NCBI GenBank assembly: GCA_009914755.4
Contig: CP068257.2
Span: forward strand, 39,424,001 to 39,488,000
DNA: 64,000 nt
Source: the human T2T-CHM13v2.0 reference genome, Homo sapiens
Reading direction: 5' to 3'
Part shown: piece by piece, positions 55,820 through 64,000 of the stretch
Numbering within the stretch: the first letter of the stretch is position 1
Layout: the number at the start of each line of letters is the position of its first letter
Notes under the pieces: model-generated
Told to the model about the DNA's origin: nothing
The model's database searches: none
What the model saw: the letters and a program-made list of their open reading frames with translations, nothing else
Made by a program: the position numbers and the translations under genes

Positions 55820-57470
55820 ATCCACATCTGAATCCTCGGAGTGTGTTGTGGAACTTCCCTTTAAGTTGACTGAGAGTGTCAGATGTGTGCCTCGCTATAC
55901 TCTTTCTTCTCTATTATGTTCAATTCTTTTGTATTCACCTGTAACTTTCCGGAAGTTCTGCATAACAACAAATATCATGATCTGAAAAAACTCAAGTGCA
56001 TGCCTTTTTACATAATAATATGCTTGCCAGCAGCTGGACCTGTCACTAGATAACTGGCTACATTATTTTCATTTCATGGAGATGCCAAATTCTTTCCAGC
56101 CAGAGTCAGAGAGTACCATCAGCCAGCCAGCATTTTGCTTTGGGTATGTAACATACATCGAGCACAAACTCTCCGGAACAATCAGAAAATCTAATGTTGC
56201 AAATTTTTGAGAACAAGCCAGATAAACGTATGGGTGCTAACTTACAAATGGGCCTCTCTGAAGCCAGAGAACTGAAGGCTAGAAACCCCCCTTCCATGTT
56301 TCTGGCTGTTCTGCTGCAAACCAGCAAAGAAGCAGAAATCAGCCTTGTTTGGTTGTGTTTTTTTCCCAGGAAGGTTCAGGGCTGTCACAAGTCCTCACAA
56401 TCTCTCGATGTCTTTCTCCCAAAAAACCCACATGGCTTCTAGCACCCAAGGAGGATAGACAAGGCAGGGATCCTGTCAAGGCCACACTTTAAAGAGTCAC
56501 AGGGAGGGCTGCTCACAGATGTGAGACTCCCCAGTTCGGCCAACCTTGAGAGAGGAAGACTGGCACCACTCATCACACCAGGCCTCCCTCAAGGGCAAGA
56601 GGAGATTATAACAGGAGGCTACTGTCCAAGAGAAAACTGTGGTGCTTTATGTATCCTTTATGGTCGGTCACTACACAGTTGCTACAAATTCACCTTGGTT
56701 TACAGGGACTCACTGCTTTCTATGGAATCGCTGTTTTTACAATAAGGTCTTGCAACGCAAGTTAAAAACCATCAGGAATGCATTAGCTCTACGCATATGG
56801 ATGCCGCGAATATGGTGAATAATAGATAATGTAATTCATGCAATGAATATAGCATACAACCCTCCAAGTCTTACTAAAATTCTGGATCGCAGGGTAACAT
56901 AACCAAGCCAATATTCCTGCAAGGTCTGCAGATGTGAAGAAACACACCAATTACTAGAGTAATTGCAGGAAAACAATACTTCATAAAAGCAGGAAAACAC
57001 GCAGCCAAATTTGTAACTCTGAGATCAACATAAAAGATGATGGTTTTCAGAAATAAGTGGACATAAGATTATTGAACTTCATTCTTTCCCCCCAAGAAAG
57101 CAAATTTTTTAAATAAAATATTCTTCTACAAAGACTGAAATAGCTTTTTCGTTGGCTATCAATTTAGGCTTAATGCTAGACAATGAATACAATGTTACTA
57201 AAATCCTCTGCATATAATAAAAAATTGTTAAACATATTTTTTAAAACAAACTTAAAGAGGTAAGGCTTAGTGTTATTTAGCACTTCAAATGTGGCTAGTC
57301 CAAATTAAGATAGCTGTAAGTGTAAATTCCAAAATGGATTTCAAAGGCTTAGTGCAAAAACAGACTATAAAATATCTCATGCATTTCTAAACATTGGTTA
57401 CATGTTAAAAAGGTAATTTTGTCAGATTAAATAAAATATATGATTGGCCTTAAAAAATCCTCTGCATATA

Positions 57471-57553
57471 GTGAGCCGAGATTGCGCCACTGCAGTCCGC
57501 AGTCCGGCCTGGGCGACAGAGCGAGACTCCGTCTCAAAAAAAAAAAAAAAAAA
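57471..57553 (+). mobile_element. Severely 5'-truncated Alu (last ~65 bp plus A18) with a perfect 18 bp target-site duplication
   Basis: GTGAGCCGAGATTGCGCCACTGCAGTCCGCAGTCCGGCCTGGGCGACAGAGCGAGACTCCGTCTC + A18; target-site duplication AAAAAATCCTCTGCATATA at 57452-57470 and 57548-57566 (the start of the downstream copy lies in the A-run). Confidence 0.9.
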
Positions 57554-57677
57554 TCCTCTGCATATAAACACTCTAGTTGATTTTATTGACACACATTCAT
57601 TAAGGAAGATTAGCTGAGAATGGAAGCAGCCCTTTCCTCCACTCAGCCTACAGGGACTTCTAGAATAGTGTGCACCT

Positions 57678-57790
57678 GGGAGTAATGGCTCACCCTATAA
57701 TCTCAGCACTTTGGAAAGCCGAGGTGGGAGGATTGGTTGAATCTAGGGGTTCCAGACCAGCCCTGTCAACATAACAAGACCCATCTCTGT
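57678..57790 (+). mobile_element. Free left Alu monomer (FLAM)-like element
   Basis: GGCTCACCCTATAATCTCAGCACTTTGGAAAGCCGAGGTGGGAGGATTGGTTGAATCTAGGGGTTCCAGACCAGCCCTGTCAACATAACAAGACCCATCTCTGTAAAGATG. Confidence 0.7.
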
Positions 57791-57915
57791 AAAGATGAAA
57801 TAGAATAAATAGAATAAATAAAAATCAAAATAAGAAAATAGAATGATATGTAAGGCATTCTTTCTTTCATGTGTGTCTACAGATTCTCTCTCTCCACATA
57901 CACACAATGTAATTT

Positions 57916-57932
<17 letters not shown>

Positions 57933-57968
<36 letters not shown>
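57933..57968. repeat. (AC)18 dinucleotide microsatellite
   Basis: ACACAC... read directly, preceded by ATATATATAC. Confidence 0.97.
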
Positions 57969-57971
<3 letters not shown>

Positions 57972-58192
57972 GCAATCTGGGCAGAGAGTAGCCCCAATAA
58001 AATAAAATGGAAGGACTTTATTATTGTACTTAGAAATTCTCAGAGAGAATCAAACTAAGCCACACAGAAGGATGTAAAGGCCAGGGAGCAGCCAGAAGGG
58101 CAGAGGGCCCACCTCCGTCCCTGGACACACTTCCCATTCATTCCCAAACCAGTGTCACCCTGCTGATGGTGGCCCAGTTCCCCAGCTCATAA

Positions 58193-58348
<156 letters not shown>

Positions 58349-59524
58349 ACAGGGTACATTTAGGCTGAGTTCCGAAGAATGGGCAGAATTTGGATATGGA
58401 AAATAACTTGCTAATAGTCCCAGCAAGAATTTGTCAGGGCCAGAATGGGGCGGGCCAGTGACTTGGGTGCTATGGGCATTGAGAGGCCAGAGCCATTGGG
58501 CCTTGGAACCTCTTCCTGGATACAGGAGAGACGGGCAGGTGTAAGTGATCCCAGATGCGGTCCCAAGAGGACTGGAGAGTGGAGGCGCCAGTAAAAACCC
58601 AGAGAAAAGGTGGGCCTAAGCTCACTGCCAAAGATGTGAGAAGAAAAGCCTCAGAAGACATGAAGAGGTTGGGATAATGCAACCACAGATTAGCCCCACT
58701 TGAGTGAAAATGGCTTGAAGCAGGACAAAAACTAGCATGACCCCTGCCCAGAAGCCTCTCAGATGAACACAGCTCGAAAGAGCTATATCTGGAAGGCAAA
58801 GGACATGTCCAAAACCAGTGTGGTACTTCAAGAACACTCCACAACTGCAGCACGCTCCTTCAAAAGTTACCTCTAAAAGACAAGCACAGAAGGAACCAAG
58901 GCTGTGGAAAGCACCGAGGATGACTACTATTATTTTTTCCTTATAGTCATGGTGGGTGAGGAAGAAAATCCAGGAATGGCAGGCTAGGCAGGTGCTGGCA
59001 TATAGAGAGCACTTGATAAACATGAGGAGCACATAAACAGATGAAGAATCCATGGATGAGAGATGGCAGGGCAAAAATATAGAATTCATCAATACCAGCT
59101 CGCTTTGGGGCTGGCTTTTGATATTTGTAAACAGTAAGGTCATGAATACACAACCCTGGTTTGGATCTGCACTCTGCTGCTTACTATAACCTAAGATAAG
59201 CCACTTACTATATTTAAATCTCATTTTCCTCCCCTTTACACTTGAGCCAATAGCAGTGTCTGTGTCATATTGTTTGGTGATGATTTTATTAATATGTTAT
59301 CCAATCTTGTGTACTCGGCACACTGTCTGCATTGAACAGGTGCTCACCAAAGTTAGCCATGGCCGTCGCCAAACTGGAAATGGTGCAAAAATATGTCCAG
59401 AAGGGCTGAACACCCTGAATAGGTGAGGGTTTCATCAGAGAAGCTGAACTTCTGAAATAAGTTTACATCTCGAGGCTGATCAAGCAGCTGCCCAGAACCC
59501 CAAAATTGGGGCCGAAGTCACACA

Positions 59525-59880
59525 GCTTCTGTATTCGTTTGCTAAGGGCTGCCATAACCAAATACCACAGGTGGGGTTGCTTAAACAGGAGGCCAGAAGT
59601 CTGACATTACAGTGTCTGAAGAGTTGCTTTTTCCTGACACCTCTCTCCTTGGCTTGCAGATGGTGACTTCTCCCTGTGTCCTCACGGGGTTGTCCTTCTG
59701 TGTGCGTCTGTGTACTGTTCTCCTCTTTTTGTAAGGACAGCAATCAAAGTGGATGAGGGCCCACCCTATCAACCCCATTTTAACTTAGTTGCCTCTTTAA
59801 ACACTCTATTTCCAAATACTGTGACATTTTGAGGGACTGGGGCTTCAGGCTTCAACATACAGATTTGGGGGTGGACAGCT
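59525..59880 (-). mobile_element. MLT1-family MaLR LTR (reverse orientation)
   Basis: GCTGCCATAACCAAATACCACAGGTGGGGTTGCTTAAACAGGAGGCCAGAAGTCTGACATTACAGTGTC...CTCTCCTTGGCTTGCAGATGGTGACTTCTCCCTGTGTCCTCACGGGGTTGTCCTTCTGTGTGCGTCTGTGT...TTTGTAAGGACAGCAATCAAAGTGGATGAGGGCCCACCCTATCAACCCCATTTTAACTTAGTTGCCTCTTTAAACACTCTATTTCCAAATACTGTGACATTTTGAGGGACTGGGGCTTCAGGCTTCAACATACAGATTTGGGGG is the reverse complement of the MLT1 consensus. Confidence 0.7.
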
Positions 59881-62800
59881 GCCTTTGGTTACTGAGCTGT
59901 CCCAGTGAGTGGATATCAGGAGATTGACCATGATCTAGTTTTCACAAGAGCAGATTATGGAGACTACAGCACAGTGAGGTTGACTCTGATCCCCAGAAAA
60001 ATTATGGGGTGCATTCTTAGACACTGGCTTTGAGGTACTTTGGAAAAGAAGCCGCAATTCCCAGAAACAACACACCTTCACAGGATCATCCCAAAGCTCC
60101 CTCATTACCTTCTTTTTCAGTCAAATTCTCAAGTTAGTAGGCATTTGCTGAGCACCTACTATGTACCAAAGATTATGCTCCGTCACAAGTGACATTCTCA
60201 TAAGGAAATCAGGCAGCTGAGCCAATAAGGGAATCCACAGTGCCAAAACTACGAAAAAGAAGGAAGCGCATGTCACCGAGATTACACTGAGTATGAATAA
60301 TTAATTTTATCTAAGAGATTGCAGGGGAGGGGTTGGTCAATGGAAGCTTCCTAAAGAAGATAACTAGCCTGGGATTTGAAGGAAAAAAAAACTATTCCAA
60401 GAGAGGAAAGGGCCTGGAGTTCCCCAGCAGCTGGCGGGGGTGGTGTGCAGGAAGGGGCCCCATCAGCCGGGGAGGAAGTATTTCCAAATGTGCAGATACG
60501 TTCAGAAAACCATCACATGCTTGTTTTCCTTCCTGGAATATAAAGTATAAGGAGGTGGTGTGGAAGGACAAAAGAGCAAAAGGGAAGTCAGAGGTCTTTG
60601 CTGTGCCGACAAGCCTGAACTTTCTCCCCTGGTCACGGGGAATGAGAGGATGTTCAGAAACGGAGAAAAGCCCAAAGCACATCTTAAGCCATGGTAGGGA
60701 AATGGTGACTGTATCCACTCATACAGAAAGGAAGAGTAAGAACACATAGAGATACTAGGACCTGGAAGTCCATGCATGATGATTGCTCTGAGCTCTCTGG
60801 CCTCTGTTTCTCCCTGTGTGTTGGTTCCAATTCGTTTTCTTACCATCTCCCACCCCCTTGATCCCATTCCATGGGCTCCCATCACAAGCCCTGTCACTCA
60901 ACAAGAAGCTGCTCACTCATCCATACAAATACCACGAGTGCCAGGGAACTACCCTCACTATCCTAGTGGGTTACAGGCCATCCGCATGGCCAGAGTAGGG
61001 GGTGACTGATCACCTCCACTGGAACCAGGAATAGGAGTGGACAGGAAGGAGCAGCTGCAAGGCATGGATGGAGGATCCTGGTGCAGACCAACTGATGGAC
61101 ACTCACCCAGCAGTTATGTGTCTACAGCAGTTCTCCGGGCAACAAATTATAGAGAAATCAATAAGGCAGTGGCAATGAGAAAGGAGGTCAAAATTGACAG
61201 ATATTTAAGAACAAGAATGAGCTGTACTTGGGAGCCAACTTTTTAAAGTACATGTAAGAGGAAATAGAGGTAGAACTCAGGTTTCTGACTTGGGAGCTTC
61301 TGTGAATGGAGACATCACTAATTAAGGAATCGGGAATAAAGAAAGAGCAGGCTTGAGGGTGAGATAAAGAGTGCAGGTTTGGCATCTTAAACCTGAATTC
61401 ATCCTCCAGTCTCCAGATGGAGATTCACAGGTCATTTAGGTCAGAAAGAGAGCTTGGACCAAAGCTAGCAGTGAGAGTCATAAGCCTGGTTGGGGTGACT
61501 GCAAGCCAGGAGGAAACAAGGTGGTGAAGGGTGAGGAGAAGAGCAAAGGCATCTTGAGGAATGAGGCTTCCATTCACCTTATTAATTCACGTGTTTTCAT
61601 TAGGCATACATTTGGCTATAGTCCTGGGAATAGATTAGGACAATACCTAGGAAAGCCAAGATAGGAAAGTTTGCAGAAAACACCACTCATGAAGTAATAA
61701 AACATCAGCAAGATGCACCAGAAGCCCAAATCCTGGAGTGTGCCTTTGAGAAGCCGCCCGCTGTCTTCTGGATCCTAACCTAATAGTTATTATCAAAATC
61801 ACATGATCGTCTATTCTCCAGAGCCAAAATCAAAGAATTCTTGCTTATTTTCTAGGAGACGTTCAAAACTCTTGGACCAGAGCATCTGTTGTGGACAGAG
61901 GAGAAGCTGGACAAAAGTCCAAATATTTCAAGAGTTTGAGATCAATGGTCCAGCCACTTCGTTTTTGATACTGAGTATTGTTTTCTAAGGTGGGAACCAA
62001 GGCCTGGCTACACAGGGTTGTTTATTCTGAAATTCAGTTGGCTTTGAGGTGTCCCACCCATTTCCACTACTGCACTGTACAAAGACACCTCACTTTGTGC
62101 AGAGTGAATTTTGAACTCTTTTGCCTGGGATTTACCATGTCCCATAATATAGCAGCACACAGCCTCATTTTTCACCGTAACAATTCTGTCCCAACCTTGT
62201 CTATTTGTAGATAACAATGCACAATACATTTCCCCCATCTCAACATCCCCGAATGTCTCAACACATTACCAAAGCAGCTCAAAGTATAAAATTTTATCTA
62301 AATCTCATTCCCTCAAAAGTCTTAAATTTTACCATCTAAATCAGATGTGGGTGAGGCTCTGGGTACAATCCATCCAGGGGCAAAATTCCTCTCCAACTGT
62401 AGATCTGTTCAAGTAGAAAATAGGGCATCTGCTCCCAAAATACAATGGGGGTACAAACATAGGATACCAGTTATATACATTCAGTTCAAAAAAGAAGAAA
62501 ATAGAAAAAAAATGAGTCACACATACCAAGCAATTTTAAGGTCCATCTGTGCAAACTGCATTAGGTATTAATGCCTGGGGATAATTCTTTGTGGCTCTTA
62601 ACTCTACCCCCTGAGCTTGAGGCTAGGCCCTCAGGAATCAAGGCTCCATCCTCTGGGCTTGTAGCTCTGCCCTCTGATTAGCCTTCACTTTTCATATAAA
62701 GTAGCCTATGCTTGCAGCTGAGTAATTTTATCAGTGTGCTCCTTGCCAGGAGACTGTCGCAGAACCAACAGCCCTCTTTTGTTTTATACTGTGTCTCCCT

Positions 62801-63542
62801 TGTAATCCAAACTGTCAGTGTTTCTGCTGTATAAAACTCTCAGGAAGCTTATAGGTCTCCTGTGTATGTCATGAGGATTCATTCCATCAGACAAGAGCTC
62901 CTCCATAGGTTTATCCTAGGTATTCCTGTCTCTATTTTTGGCATTTGCAGAGATGGCTATGGTGCAATGCTCCCAAGCTTCCTAGGTATCCTCCAGTTTG
63001 ACTTAGGGAATCTGTGAGCCGCACCCTTAATCTCTTCCAGGAGACGGTTGTGTAACTGAATACTCTTAACTTTTGATTTTTTTTCAGAGCTATTAGGAAA
63101 AGGTTGCACAACCATGCCTTCAGCTTTTTCTCTAGAGCAGGCTTTCCTGACAGTGGATCTCTTAATTTTAGCATTTTTTGCTATCTGGATGGGTTATTTT
63201 TAAAATCAAGTCTTGTTTATTTAATTTAACATTTATTCCATCAGTCTGTCTTATTCCTGTTGCATTTTACTATAAGCAGCTGGAAGAAACCAGGCTGCAC
63301 CTTCTCAAAACTTTGCTTATAAACTTCCTCTGCTAAATATCCAAGTTCATTTCTTATAAGTCTGCTTTCCACACAACTTCAGGACACAATTCCACCAAGC
63401 TTTCGTCCACAATATAACAAGGGTCTCCTTTCCTCCAGGTTCCGATAACAAGATCCTCATTTCTTTCTAAGCCTTCACCAACAGCAGCTGTAACATCCAT
63501 ATTTCTATTAAGTCTATTCATGATGATTTGGGTGTTCTCTAA

Positions 63543-64000
<458 letters not shown>

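Noticed and set aside
58622-59224. 200-aa minus-strand ORF (and the similar 35250-35852 plus-strand 200-aa ORF) as candidate genes
   Set aside because: No start context, no recognisable domains, and composition typical of random AT-rich DNA. The 35250 ORF is created by the tandem duplication, as its internal repeated peptide shows. Mammalian genes are spliced, so unsupported single long ORFs in repeat-rich DNA are not credible.

Overview
This 64 kb window is primate (almost certainly human) nuclear DNA, and I find no prokaryotic genes, operons, CRISPR arrays, rRNA or tRNA genes in it. The grounds are the density of interspersed repeats: about 20 Alu copies, several L1 fragments, MaLR LTRs (THE1 and MLT1 types), Tigger and hAT DNA-transposon remnants, and poly-A tails flanked by target-site duplications. 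It is AT-rich, repeat-dense intergenic or intronic sequence with many simple-sequence repeats: (GAAA)n, (AAAG)n, (GGAA)n, (GT)n, (CA)n and a complex CA/CATA block. The long ORFs in the six-frame track are translation artefacts of microsatellites, Alu or L1 sequence, or local duplications. I can support no protein-coding exon from sequence alone. The one gene-like signal is a compact CpG island at about 33.5 kb carrying a CRE-like TTACGTCA motif and a GC box, which may be an unannotated promoter. Other points worth a second look: a ~215 bp inverted duplication, one copy of which interrupts an Alu; a ~180 bp tandem duplication joined through a small palindrome; a 27 bp direct repeat bracketing 1.8 kb that contains an ERV1-type LTR; an L1 with four divergent tandem ~350 bp 5'UTR monomers and an ORF1 that begins partway through; all six MaLR LTRs lying on the minus strand; and several insertions with perfect target-site duplications, including an Alu remnant of only ~65 bp. 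I found nothing resembling a novel defence or other biological 'system'; the structural oddities are genome-architecture features of a mammalian locus.
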